The position numbers and the translations under genes were made by a program. Positions 28,198 through 38,341 of a stretch of DNA of 64,000 bases are shown here, one piece after another (the stretch's first letter is position 1; each line of letters opens with the position of its first letter). Origin of the DNA: an uncultured virus (IMG/VR IMGVR_UViG_3300035698_024194) (Duplodnaviria > Heunggongvirae > Uroviricota > Caudoviricetes); the IMG/VR virus record IMGVR_UViG_3300035698_024194. One strand, written 5' to 3'. The notes beneath the pieces are model-generated. The model was not told where the DNA came from and searched no databases. It saw nothing but the letters and a program-made list of their open reading frames with translations.

Positions 28198-29209
28198 GAT
28201 TTGACACCTTATCAGAATAATATCTACTCATCAAAGTACAAGTCCAATTACAACCCTGACAACAATTCATATAATCCATATGAAGATCTTTATTGAATTT
28301 TGTTTTTATCACTCCTGCTGAAGTAAATAAATCATCCAATTTACATTTTGGTATTTCAATCCCTCTTATTCTAAGACAAAGTCTAAAATTCCCATCAGGT
28401 GATATTGTTACATTATGAATATCTTTATAAATTTCACACATCATATCACAAGGTAAGTTACTATAAAGAGTATCCAAAAGTTGTGGTATATGTACTAAGA
28501 GTGGAGTTTTTGATTTAATAACTTTATCAAAATAACTTCTAGTTTCTATTGTGGGTTTAACTAAATAACTATCATCAAATTCACTAGCGAAATCATAATA
28601 ATTAGTTTTCTTTTTGTCTATCATTGTAATTGATGACCATATACCCCTACCTGTTAAAAGAGATACTGTATCATATAAAAGATGAATATTACGAGAATCA
28701 CAAGTAATCTCTGCTACTATATCATCCGCAATATTATCTTTTTTCATTTGAGTAAGACGAGATAATCCATCAAAACTTTTTTGAAGAATATGATCATCTA
28801 CATCTTCCTTATTAGTTCCTGCTACCCAAGGATCAACACTTGAAGTAAATCCCTTAAATTTTCCAACGCGACCAGCAATATTAAATATTTTTGTTTGAAG
28901 TCTTGCTGCATTATTACTAATAATAGTATAATTCATTTCTTCCTTATGCATTTCAACAAGAAGGTCTGCCAACTCGTTATAAAGAAAGGGTTCGCCGCCA
29001 TATAAAATAAAAAATACATCAGGATTGTTTTTCTTTAATCTTCCAAATATTTCCATCCACTCTTTAGCAGACAATTCATTATCAGCATAATATTTCATAT
29101 CAGGATATTCGGAGGGTTTGCTTCTGTAATCTTTTACGATATGACAATATGAACATGCTCGATTACACCTCTGTGTCAATAATATATTTGCTATTTGTAT
29201 CTTATTCAC
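28187..29209 (-). CDS. Radical SAM enzyme with C-terminal Cys-rich (SPASM/twitch-like) domain
   Basis: CNRACSYC, GGEP, C...ISPDG..LC, CQGCNWTC. Confidence 0.9.
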   Translation of the reverse strand: MNKIQIANILLTQRCNRACSYCHIVKDYRSKPSEYPDMKYYADNELSAKEWMEIFGRLKKNNPDVFFILYGGEPFLYNELADLLVEMHKEEMNYTIISNNAARLQTKIFNIAGRVGKFKGFTSSVDPWVAGTNKEDVDDHILQKSFDGLSRLTQMKKDNIADDIVAEITCDSRNIHLLYDTVSLLTGRGIWSSITMIDKKKTNYYDFASEFDDSYLVKPTIETRSYFDKVIKSKTPLLVHIPQLLDTLYSNLPCDMMCEIYKDIHNVTISPDGNFRLCLRIRGIEIPKCKLDDLFTSAGVIKTKFNKDLHMDYMNCCQGCNWTCTLMSRYYSDKVSNHVD

Positions 29210-29409
29210 TTTGCCTCCTTTAATTTTTTACACTTATCAGACTTTATAACACCGTACCCCTGTTTGTCATATGTCTGACCATAAAAATTAAGTTCACAGT
29301 GGGCATGTCCGCCTTCATTATCAAAAAACTGACATGCACGATTTCCATCCCAACAATAATCACCTTCAGGTACTATAATTGGATAATTAACTATTTTACT
29401 TCCTGCCAT
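29206..29409 (-). CDS. Small Cys-rich protein
   Basis: 67 aa, 4 Cys, GTGA overlap with the radical SAM gene. Confidence 0.65.
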   Translation of the reverse strand: MAGSKIVNYPIIVPEGDYCWDGNRACQFFDNEGGHAHCELNFYGQTYDKQGYGVIKSDKCKKLKEAK

Positions 29410-29471
29410 TAATTAGTTCCTTTCTGTATTCCGTAATTCCGACGTAGATTTATTAATTACCAAATTTAAAG

Positions 29472-29510
29472 AAAAAATCCAGGAAGAGGAATCAATATCC
29501 CCTTCCCAGA
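29472..29510 (-). terminator. Rho-independent terminator after ssb
   Basis: tctgggaagggga-loop-tcctcttcctgga followed by T6 on the minus strand. Confidence 0.75.
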
Positions 29511-29531
29511 TATAAACTACAATGTACTACT

Positions 29532-30470
29532 TTAAAATCCGAGATCAATTTCTCCAGCAAGGTCATCAGATGATACATCAGACGGTTTATCCTTGGGAAG
29601 TGCTGATTCAGTTGTTACATCTTCTTTCTTTTCTTCATCAGTAGAAAAAGGAATTGAGTCTGCTGGAGGGGCTGATGCTACTCCGCCACCACCTCTAATA
29701 TATTTACTTACATCAAACTGTTTCTCAAAATCACCAGCAAACTGAGATGAATCTTCAATTATCTTTTCAACTGCTTTATCAGGAAGTAACTGAATAGGAT
29801 TATAATTAAATACAGTTATATCTCCCCATTTTTCACTTTCCTTTTTACCAGGTGTTACTTCAATAATAAATCTTCTTGGAAGTACAACATTCTTTTCATA
29901 ATCTTCATCATCAGAAAGAGGAGCCAAATCTTTTCCTTTTATTTCTAATTCCTGAAGAAAATCAATTGTAGCAGAAAACTTCATTCCAGCATTACGAAAA
30001 TAAATAAAACAAGTTTCATCTTCTCCTGCTTCATTTTTAATTTTTACTGCTTTGCTGTTTTCATCCAAAAGGACTCCTGCAAAAATATACTGAAACTTAC
30101 ATTCATTACACCAGCCATTTTTACGCTCAGGACCTGGAGGACATTCACGCCCAGATGAAGAAACTGCTCCGTCTTCTCCAGAAAATGAAAAGCATACAGT
30201 CTTATCTCTACCTGATTCTTTTTTATTCATCTGACGAATACGTTTCATAAACATCATAATGAATCGAAGTTTACCTGCATTGTTTATTACAAAGTCTGCA
30301 GCGCCTTCTTGTTTATATTCTTTAACAACTTGTAATTTTCCTACTTCTTCACCCTCTCTTGATTTACCTGTAATGTGTACACACTTAAATCTTCCAGGAC
30401 CTCTTTGACTACCACCGGTATTACTGTAATCGTTTAACCCAGCATGTTTAGATGAACTGATTAATGCCAT
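29532..30470 (-). CDS. ssb: Putative single-stranded DNA-binding protein
   Basis: Beta-rich core with C...C...CxxC cluster, Gly/Pro linker and acidic tail ending DDLAGEIDLGF; own promoter-like motif and terminator. Confidence 0.6.
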   Translation of the reverse strand: MALISSSKHAGLNDYSNTGGSQRGPGRFKCVHITGKSREGEEVGKLQVVKEYKQEGAADFVINNAGKLRFIMMFMKRIRQMNKKESGRDKTVCFSFSGEDGAVSSSGRECPPGPERKNGWCNECKFQYIFAGVLLDENSKAVKIKNEAGEDETCFIYFRNAGMKFSATIDFLQELEIKGKDLAPLSDDEDYEKNVVLPRRFIIEVTPGKKESEKWGDITVFNYNPIQLLPDKAVEKIIEDSSQFAGDFEKQFDVSKYIRGGGGVASAPPADSIPFSTDEEKKEDVTTESALPKDKPSDVSSDDLAGEIDLGF

Positions 30471-30530
30471 AACTTAAAACCTCCTTTAAAAAATTTAATA
30501 AAAACAATAATTAATACCTTAACATTAATA

Positions 30531-30544
30531 TATATATTTACCAA
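30531..30544 (-). promoter_or_regulatory. Putative promoter element TTGGTAAATATATA
   Basis: 14-mer identical to 1147-1160, upstream of ssb. Confidence 0.5.
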
Positions 30545-30563
30545 ACGGCAATGATTCAAATAA

Positions 30564-30803
30564 CTAAGTCATATCTAACTTTACAGGGTTTGCTAAATCA
30601 TTTAAATCAATAGTCATATTAGACGCATTAATTCTTGCCGCAGTCATAATTGTAGCTTTCTGAGATACAGTCAATTCAATAGGAATAATTAGTTCAACAT
30701 CATCCATAAATTTAATATAAATACCATCTGATGTATCAGTTAGCTGTTTAAGATCGCCTGTTGTTCTTGTTACTACCATTGGGCCTTTTATAATCGTTAT
30801 CAT
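30564..30803 (-). CDS. Hypothetical protein
   Basis: 79-aa ORF with AGGAGG RBS. Confidence 0.7.
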   Translation of the reverse strand: MITIIKGPMVVTRTTGDLKQLTDTSDGIYIKFMDDVELIIPIELTVSQKATIMTAARINASNMTIDLNDLANPVKLDMT

Positions 30804-31407
30804 TTTGGTTCCTCCTATAATTCTGTAATATACATTCTGTATTAAAAGTAGTTATATCCTTCATCATTAATTGATATAAAAAATTGACAATATTATCTAA
30901 AGATCCAAAGTAAAAAAAGTATTTAATTAAATAAGGCTCAGATTTTACAAACCTCTTTACACGAGGCAAAAGAATCTCCTGATATTTATCATTTATTATT
31001 TGTTCAGTAATATTTTGGTCGATATCGAAGAGTGGAAGTAATACGTTTGACACGAAGTTTTTATATTTATTCTCAGCAAATAAAAGTGCTTTCTTTACTT
31101 CTTTTTTATATGGCATTTCAACTTTATTATCTCGATGTTCACCTAATGCATTAAGCGAATATACTTCAATCAGTTTTGAAATTATATCATAATAAAAATC
31201 AAATAAAGCTTGGTCATCTAATTGATTTTCAATTTCCTTTAAAAATAACGCTATATTAATTTTACATTCAGGAGTTCCAATTGATTCAATAATAGTATCA
31301 CATTTATATTGAAGATTCCATCTTTGTGTTATATCAGCTTGATCCACTATTGCGTCATCTGAATGCGGATCTACCATATGTGATTGATAATAAAACAGTT
31401 CTTTCAT
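30748..31407 (-). CDS. Hypothetical protein
   Basis: 219-aa ORF, TAATG coupling. Confidence 0.75.
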   Translation of the reverse strand: MKELFYYQSHMVDPHSDDAIVDQADITQRWNLQYKCDTIIESIGTPECKINIALFLKEIENQLDDQALFDFYYDIISKLIEVYSLNALGEHRDNKVEMPYKKEVKKALLFAENKYKNFVSNVLLPLFDIDQNITEQIINDKYQEILLPRVKRFVKSEPYLIKYFFYFGSLDNIVNFLYQLMMKDITTFNTECILQNYRRNQNDNDYKRPNGSNKNNRRS

Positions 31408-31982
31408 TATTTCCCTCTTATCATATAAGGACTTATAAAATTACAATCTACTTGATTTCTCATTTCAATTACTCCGGTATATGTATTTATTATTTCATCC
31501 CAGCAAATATTTCCAATTTTAACTCTTCGATATAAGTAAACATTATTTATCCATCGTTGATATAATACTTTATATCGTATACCACTATTAAAAGCATATG
31601 CTTCTTTAGTTTTAAATATATTAAATAAAGATGATATTTTATTTGTTGAATTAAATGTGTCAAATGCAATCCATCTAACAGTTTTTTTACCATCAGAATA
31701 ATCAACTTCTACAATTATATCCCCTGTATCATTACATGCAGCAACTTTAACAATATCATTACTACAAGTTTTAACAGTATATACATCATTATCACACCTG
31801 ATACATTCGATATTGCGTTCCCATAATTTTCTTTGCTCCTTTGCACTACTTAGTTTACTAACAGGAATACCTAGTTGCCATGCTTGTACCGCGTCTATTC
31901 CTTGTGGAATATTTGCTATAAGAGCAATAAATAATGTAGGATATACTAATACCCATTGCCACCATCTTTTAAGAATAATCAT
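31407..31982 (-). CDS. Hypothetical membrane-anchored protein
   Basis: N-terminal WWQWVLVYPTLFIALIA hydrophobic segment. Confidence 0.7.
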   Translation of the reverse strand: MIILKRWWQWVLVYPTLFIALIANIPQGIDAVQAWQLGIPVSKLSSAKEQRKLWERNIECIRCDNDVYTVKTCSNDIVKVAACNDTGDIIVEVDYSDGKKTVRWIAFDTFNSTNKISSLFNIFKTKEAYAFNSGIRYKVLYQRWINNVYLYRRVKIGNICWDEIINTYTGVIEMRNQVDCNFISPYMIRGK

Positions 31983-31996
31983 AATAACACCTCTAT

Positions 31997-32428
31997 TTAT
32001 ATACCAAATTCGCTCATAGTTTTTTCAATTGCTCCATCAGCCTTTACTTCAATCTTCTTAAAATCATTTGAAAGATTAGTTGTTAGTTTCTCTGCATATT
32101 TAACACTAGCTTCTCGTGAAGCTGCTTCCGATTCAGGAATTTTAGCAAAATTAACATCTTTAAATTTGTTTAATCTTCCATCAATTTTTTCACTTCTTTT
32201 TAATAAATCAGATAATTGTTTCACTTCAGTAACTTCACTTTTAACTGGAAACAATTTAGAATTCTTTGTAGCACTTGATATCTCTCTTATTTTATTTCTA
32301 ATATCAGTTTGTAAATTTCGATTTGTTATTTTAATTCTTGATACTAATGATTTAAGTTTATTTGCAAATAATACATTAGGAAATTTTAATAAACTTCCCT
32401 CACGTAAATAATAATTTAATACTTTCAT
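31997..32428 (-). CDS. Hypothetical protein (possible virion protein)
   Basis: ATGA-coupled to rpoB set 2; N-terminal YYLREG. Confidence 0.65.
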   Translation of the reverse strand: MKVLNYYLREGSLLKFPNVLFANKLKSLVSRIKITNRNLQTDIRNKIREISSATKNSKLFPVKSEVTEVKQLSDLLKRSEKIDGRLNKFKDVNFAKIPESEAASREASVKYAEKLTTNLSNDFKKIEVKADGAIEKTMSEFGI

Positions 32429-35400
32429 TCGCTTAACCCCAAAGATGTCATATAAACAGATAGTAAATTTCTAGTTGGAGAAGTTCTAGGCTCTCTATAT
32501 GAAGCACTTCCCGTTTGAATAATTTCAGATATTATTTCATTTTTAGTAGACTGATCATCACTTAATGGTCCTAGAAATTCTTTTAGAACATGTGTAGCTC
32601 CGTGAGACAATATCATATTAACATCAGCTTCTCCCGCTCGTTGCCCACCATCTCTTTTTTTACCTGCAGTTGGCTGAAGAGTTTTACTTTGATACATTGC
32701 TGTAGAACGAGCACCCATTTTAATTGATGCTTGTTGTTCTAGTTTATTAAAATACATATAACCTACTGATGCTTTTCTCAATGTCTTTTTGCCACCATAT
32801 TCTGGAAGAGCAAGGTTATAGGAAGATTTAACTCCAACAAATTTCATAACATCTTGAATTTGTTTTCTTGTAGGAGTTTTAAATTGAGGAACAATAATAG
32901 GAAGAAAATAATTTCTTGCTTCGATATCTTTAATAAAGTTTGAATATTTTAAGGCAGACATTGAATTAAATAATTTAGCAATATCAGAACTATATTTCTT
33001 TCCTTTTGTATTATCAAGTCCCCTATATATTTTAACAATATAATCAACGGCCTTTTTAGTTTTCTTAGAACCCCAAGCAACTAATTGTTTAGCTGCAAAT
33101 TTAGCAATTGTACTTACATACATTTCATATAACTGACCAGGATTCATTCTATTTACAACACTTAATGGATTATAAATAATTTGAATTCTTTCTCCCCACG
33201 GAGACATAGGCATGTTTTCTTCTTTTTCAACATAAGTAATAACGCCTTTATTCCCATGTCTATTTGCTAATTTGTCTCCAAGTTCAGCAGGATAATGATC
33301 TTCCAATTTAAAAACAATTATAACCCCTGATGGTATCATTTTTTCAAATCCTACTTTTTTAGTAAACTTAGCTGGGAACTCTCCATATTGTTCTTCATAT
33401 TTCTTTTTAAATACAACAAATGGTTCTTGTAATACTGGAAAAGATCTAAGTGAAATATTAGGATATATTTCAACTGATAAAATTTTACCTCCAGGAGACT
33501 TTGTTTTTATTTCTCCTCCCTCAATTTCATCTTCTCCTAAGCCAATAAGTTCTTCAATCTCGGAAGATGTTCTTATTATAAGAGGTTCGCCTTTTAAAGT
33601 ATCTTTACCTTCAGTGGCAATATATCTGATTTTATCGCCCTTTTTAACAATTATAGTTTTTTCGAAATAATGATTTGATGCGAGTTTATTATTTACAAGA
33701 GCATCTGAAATAACATACCCATCCTCAAAAACATATCCTTTCCAACCCATAATTGCAACAAGCAAATTTGTACCAGTAGAAATTGTTCCATTTACAATAT
33801 GTTTTCCTTCAGCTAATATTTTACCAGCCTTTACATTTTGACCTCTTTTAACAACTGTTTTAAATGGAGATATAGCATCTTGTCCCTGAGCAGAATTTAA
33901 TAATTGAGGTTTTAATGATTCTTTATATAATTTTCCATTTTTACCTTTTATAATTATAACATTTTCATTTGTCTCTACTACAACGCCATCTACTGGAGCC
34001 TTTTTAATATAACTATCAGAAAGCATATTAGTCAAAATAGTTTCATATCCTGTTTGACATAATGCTGGTTCATTTCCTACAACAGATACGGCTTGTCGTG
34101 ATTGAGAACAACTAAATTGAACACGATTTCCATCATCTGAATTAACAAATGGGGTTAATATTGATGATGTACCTAATACGTCTACCCCTTTATCAAATGT
34201 CACATCAGATATAAATGATCCTCGAGCATTAGTAACTGCTGCTCCTATTGCTAATTGGTTAATAACACCTATTGTATCACCTTCTGGAGTATCCATTGGA
34301 TCAAGATTGCCATAGTACGATTCGTGAGTACCTCTTGCTGGTTCAGTAATTGCAACTTTATTAGGAACCCCGCCTGGGCCAATCGGGGTAGTACGAGTAA
34401 GACAAGACAATTCTTCAAGAGGATTAACATTTTCAAGATTCCTAACAAGTTTTGAATTAGTGATTTCTTTTATAACCCTATCAGTATCACATCTATATTC
34501 AGCATTTTTATCCCCTGATACTCGTTGTAGTCTGTAAGTATTATAGGATTTCAAAACTTGTTTTAATATCTGATGGTTAAACACTTCACTACTTCTTACT
34601 CTTTGCCCAGTAAGATCATTTCTTTTATCAACACGACCTTCCACAACACGTTCAGTCATATATACTACACAATCCTCAAATGTAAAAGGTAACATTTTAG
34701 ATTTAAGAACCTGTACTGCTACTGGTTCCATAATATTCTTTAATACTTCTCCGATACTATATGGAGAATTTAGATTACGAGTTTGTTTTACAATTGCTTT
34801 TTCAAATATTCCAGTCTCTAATATATTTTCTACTGTAAATGGAAAATCTATCTCATTGAAAGACATTAAATATTGTCTAGCATGCTCGGTTGTATACTCG
34901 GGAACAATATATCCTCCACCCTTCATTTCCAGACTGAAAACGTCCTTTTCGGGTTTTTCATTTTGAAGCTTATACTTTATATTGAATTTTTTACATGCTT
35001 CGTTAAACCCTAAATAATACCCCATTAATAACATCAAAGGAAGTTCTTGCCCCGCAATATATATTTTTAGGTACTGCTTGGCTTTAAGTCTCTTCGATTC
35101 AATTGTAGCAGCTGCATATAGTGTTTCGAGCTTAACCATCCATTTTTTAAGAAAGAAAATTGGATCAAGAATAATTTGATACATAAGGTATTTCTTTTTA
35201 CCATTTATTAAAAATGTACCATCTTTCGTAAGCATCGGTATTCTAATTTCAACATTATGCTTTTTATTTCTTTCATCTTTTAAAACAATTGTATATAACT
35301 TTTCCTGAGTAGGATCTAAATCACCAGGATCAGAAGCTATTTTTTCACTTTTAATTGATTCAATTTTTAAAGGAAAATCTTTTTTCTTTGCTAAAAGACT

Positions 35401-36558
35401 AAATGTAGATCTCAAATCTTTTTCAAATGAGTTTTCAAAATCTTGAGTTCTTTTATTTAATATATGACTAGGATCTTTATAGTTATTAAGAGCTGATATA
35501 TTAACTGCTGAATTTACAATTTCTCTAGATACATTTACAGGTTTATCACTTAGAACAATATCACGTATCAATTCTTGTCTAGTTATTTTTAATGCTTGTT
35601 CTTTATTTTTTATTGGATTTATTTGTTTATTGGCAACTTCAGTTTTACCAGTAAGATTATAAATAATAGATTTAGAAGCCACTTCAGATTTTTGCTGTCT
35701 ATTCAATATCTTTGTTTTAATTATCTTTTTTAAATCAGGTTTAGCATTAACATATTTTCTTACTGATTGCCTTATTACTTCTTTTTGTTTACTTTCAGAT
35801 TCAGGAGGAGCAACATTAGGATCATCTGATATTTCAGGAATCAAATCAATATCATTTACAATTTCTTCAGCTGCCTCATCCGCTTCATTAAAATTATCTT
35901 CATCTGTTTTTAATGATTGTATATTCTTTAAAAACATATACATTCTATTATACGGAACTGAATTTTCTTCTGTTATAAATGCTGTATAAATTAATTTGCC
36001 TTTTCTTTTCAATGCAAGTATAAAATATTCAAACATAAATTTTCCATCTTTTTTATATTTAAGTAAAAGAGGAAATACTTTACGTTTGAATACACTAGGA
36101 GCTAAATCTTTATCAAGATCAACATAATACATAAATATTCGTTTAGTACCTTGTGTAACTTCTGATACTTGATCCATATATCTTAACACACTTGTATATG
36201 GTAATGCTGACCGATAATGTTTAGGTTTGAATTGTTTTTCTAATGATATAAGAAAAGGAGAAACATCAACAAAGAAATTTTTCTTTAATTTATCAACTTT
36301 CATCCTTGGCATTAACTTAAGATATTTTCGATATGGAATTAAAATATTTGCTTTTATAATTAATCGAGGACGCTTACTTGGTTGAATGTGAACATTTCTT
36401 GCATCTTGTCTAAGAATTCCTAAATTATGATACGCAGCAATTAAACTTGAATTTTCAGGAAAAAATATAATTGAATATTTTTCACCTGAAGAAATCTCCG
36501 GAATACGGATTCGTTTGGTTTTAAACGGATAGCTACGTAACTTATCAATTCTTATCAT
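32425..36558 (-). CDS. rpoB: Multisubunit RNA polymerase beta subunit, set 2 (probably virion), with long N-terminal extension
   Basis: GTFLINGK, NPLEELS, GPGG, H.SYYG..DP.DTPEG, DDGNR, GYVFEDG, GDKLANRHGNKGVI, NRMNPGQ, GGQRAGE. Confidence 0.95.
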   Translation of the reverse strand: MIRIDKLRSYPFKTKRIRIPEISSGEKYSIIFFPENSSLIAAYHNLGILRQDARNVHIQPSKRPRLIIKANILIPYRKYLKLMPRMKVDKLKKNFFVDVSPFLISLEKQFKPKHYRSALPYTSVLRYMDQVSEVTQGTKRIFMYYVDLDKDLAPSVFKRKVFPLLLKYKKDGKFMFEYFILALKRKGKLIYTAFITEENSVPYNRMYMFLKNIQSLKTDEDNFNEADEAAEEIVNDIDLIPEISDDPNVAPPESESKQKEVIRQSVRKYVNAKPDLKKIIKTKILNRQQKSEVASKSIIYNLTGKTEVANKQINPIKNKEQALKITRQELIRDIVLSDKPVNVSREIVNSAVNISALNNYKDPSHILNKRTQDFENSFEKDLRSTFSLLAKKKDFPLKIESIKSEKIASDPGDLDPTQEKLYTIVLKDERNKKHNVEIRIPMLTKDGTFLINGKKKYLMYQIILDPIFFLKKWMVKLETLYAAATIESKRLKAKQYLKIYIAGQELPLMLLMGYYLGFNEACKKFNIKYKLQNEKPEKDVFSLEMKGGGYIVPEYTTEHARQYLMSFNEIDFPFTVENILETGIFEKAIVKQTRNLNSPYSIGEVLKNIMEPVAVQVLKSKMLPFTFEDCVVYMTERVVEGRVDKRNDLTGQRVRSSEVFNHQILKQVLKSYNTYRLQRVSGDKNAEYRCDTDRVIKEITNSKLVRNLENVNPLEELSCLTRTTPIGPGGVPNKVAITEPARGTHESYYGNLDPMDTPEGDTIGVINQLAIGAAVTNARGSFISDVTFDKGVDVLGTSSILTPFVNSDDGNRVQFSCSQSRQAVSVVGNEPALCQTGYETILTNMLSDSYIKKAPVDGVVVETNENVIIIKGKNGKLYKESLKPQLLNSAQGQDAISPFKTVVKRGQNVKAGKILAEGKHIVNGTISTGTNLLVAIMGWKGYVFEDGYVISDALVNNKLASNHYFEKTIIVKKGDKIRYIATEGKDTLKGEPLIIRTSSEIEELIGLGEDEIEGGEIKTKSPGGKILSVEIYPNISLRSFPVLQEPFVVFKKKYEEQYGEFPAKFTKKVGFEKMIPSGVIIVFKLEDHYPAELGDKLANRHGNKGVITYVEKEENMPMSPWGERIQIIYNPLSVVNRMNPGQLYEMYVSTIAKFAAKQLVAWGSKKTKKAVDYIVKIYRGLDNTKGKKYSSDIAKLFNSMSALKYSNFIKDIEARNYFLPIIVPQFKTPTRKQIQDVMKFVGVKSSYNLALPEYGGKKTLRKASVGYMYFNKLEQQASIKMGARSTAMYQSKTLQPTAGKKRDGGQRAGEADVNMILSHGATHVLKEFLGPLSDDQSTKNEIISEIIQTGSASYREPRTSPTRNLLSVYMTSLGLSE

Positions 36559-36576
36559 TTAATTTCCTATCATTTC

Positions 36577-37323
36577 TTAATATGAATATGCTATTTGTAA
36601 CTTATCTCCTACTTCGAGAACCCCATCAATTGAAGTTCCATTCCATGATAATATAGTACCTGTAACATTAAAATCTACCCCTTCATCTTGTGTGACTCCG
36701 CCATAAACAGTCATTATCACATATGCATCATTTTCTGGTATTTGTGATAATGTTACCTCTGCTGCCACTATACTAGTAGAATCTAATGTAAATTTATCAA
36801 CTACAACTGTAGATGTCCCCCCAATCCCCCCGTCTGATAATTTAGCTCCTATATAGCTAAATATATCACATTTAGCATTTGAATCTAAACCTAGACTATC
36901 TTCAGATGTAATTATACCCACAGCAGGATCAATAACCCAATCAGCGGTATCCCCTGCATATATTCTTGTTGACGTTCCTTTATTTCTCCAAAATATAGCT
37001 TCATAAGCCACGCCAACAGCATCAGGAATGATGTCGTATACTCTTTCACCTGCGTTTGCATGTCCCGTTGGATATTTTAAATAATAAGCTTTTCCATTTG
37101 ATGTAACATCTAATTCAAGATCACATTCTACTGCTTCAGCAACAGAAGCAAGAACAGCAGTAGTAGAATCGCTTGATATTGCATCAGTCCATACATTATC
37201 AGATAGTGTGATAATCCAACTAGGATTAGCTTCGTTAGAAATCTCTTTGTCATTAGAAGTATGACTTTTACCATATATTTTTTTTACCGCCATGTTGGTT
37301 TTACTATCAATTGTTAATGGCAT
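36577..37323 (-). CDS. Putative virion structural protein
   Basis: Acidic, Ser/Thr/Gly-rich; C-terminal GVTQDEGVDFNV...GDKLQIAY beta-sandwich pattern common in phage structural proteins. Confidence 0.65.
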   Translation of the reverse strand: MPLTIDSKTNMAVKKIYGKSHTSNDKEISNEANPSWIITLSDNVWTDAISSDSTTAVLASVAEAVECDLELDVTSNGKAYYLKYPTGHANAGERVYDIIPDAVGVAYEAIFWRNKGTSTRIYAGDTADWVIDPAVGIITSEDSLGLDSNAKCDIFSYIGAKLSDGGIGGTSTVVVDKFTLDSTSIVAAEVTLSQIPENDAYVIMTVYGGVTQDEGVDFNVTGTILSWNGTSIDGVLEVGDKLQIAYSY

Positions 37324-38341
37324 TCAATTTCTCCTTACATATTATTTTTTCTACTTTTATTCCATTTTTATGTATACAATTTCCATTATTTAAATAAGTC
37401 CACCCTTTAGTTAAATTATTTTGTCGACAAAATCTAGAAAAATTTTTTATAATTTCATAATGAGAATCATTAAAAATAATTTTATATTCTTTTCCTAGAT
37501 TTCTAGATAAATGATCTCTCTCATCGTCAGAATAAATATGTCCATACATTCCATTATTTTTTCCACTATTTTTAACACCTATTTTCTTTTTTACTTCATT
37601 AGTATGGGTGAATTTTCTTCCTCTAATAGAAGCTTCTTCCCTTAATTCTTTTGCGCGTTCTTCTCCATACATCCCCACCCATGTCTTCCCTTTTCTTGAA
37701 ACTGACATTAAATACTTCGTCTTTTCAGATTGATGTTTTCCATATAAATAATGATTTTCTCCACTAATTGACTTACTTTGTTTTCTTTTTGATTCTTCGC
37801 TTCTACAAATACCTTTGTGTTTATCGCTCATTTTCTTTAAAGAAAATTTAGTATGTTTATGACCATAATAAGGATTATTAAAACCTGTAACATCTCTATT
37901 TTTAGCCAATTCAATACATTGTATTTTTCTTTTTCGTTTTTGTTCTTCATTATATTTATAACCTGATGTACCTTCTCCTCCATCAGTCATATTTGTTAAA
38001 GGTCCTAATTTTAAATCATTTCTACCTATCATCCATATTAACCAAATCTCTAAATCAAAAGTTACTTGTTCTTTTAAATTATCTTCAACTTTTAAAATTA
38101 TAGGTTCTAAATTTTCTTTTAAAATTTTTCTAATCTTATTTAATTTATGAGGATTACATACACATTTCATATTTATATGATCATTTAAAGCTTCTTTTAA
38201 ATGAGCAGCGTGTTGATTATTTTTACCTTTACCAACATAAAAAGGTTCATATTCAAATGTATATTCCCCATATGTAAAAGATCCTTTTTTACGAGGATCT
38301 AAATAAATGTAAGTATAAAATCGATTTATATTTTTTTCCAT
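37307..38341 (-). CDS. Homing endonuclease (GIY-YIG-like catalytic domain plus NUMOD3 repeats)
   Basis: FYTYIYLDP..EPFYVGKG, LE..LI..IGR....GPLTNMTDGGEG, repeated NPYYGHKH/LYGKH/MYGH; TAATG start at 38341. Confidence 0.85.
   Translation of the reverse strand: MEKNINRFYTYIYLDPRKKGSFTYGEYTFEYEPFYVGKGKNNQHAAHLKEALNDHINMKCVCNPHKLNKIRKILKENLEPIILKVEDNLKEQVTFDLEIWLIWMIGRNDLKLGPLTNMTDGGEGTSGYKYNEEQKRKRKIQCIELAKNRDVTGFNNPYYGHKHTKFSLKKMSDKHKGICRSEESKRKQSKSISGENHYLYGKHQSEKTKYLMSVSRKGKTWVGMYGEERAKELREEASIRGRKFTHTNEVKKKIGVKNSGKNNGMYGHIYSDDERDHLSRNLGKEYKIIFNDSHYEIIKNFSRFCRQNNLTKGWTYLNNGNCIHKNGIKVEKIICKEKLNAINN
37927..38149. repeat. 223-bp direct repeat, copy 1 (shared homing endonuclease core)
   Basis: About 9 mismatches versus 62124-62346 by manual comparison. 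Confidence 0.9.

Noticed and set aside
28187..29209. QueE (7-carboxy-7-deazaguanine synthase)
   Set aside because: Longer than typical QueE, lacks the QGEG and R..GC.L.C..CDT signature, and has a SPASM-like tail
37307..38341. Group I intron surrounding the homing endonuclease
   Set aside because: The ORF overlaps both neighbours, which have their own stop and start; no room for or sign of intron core elements
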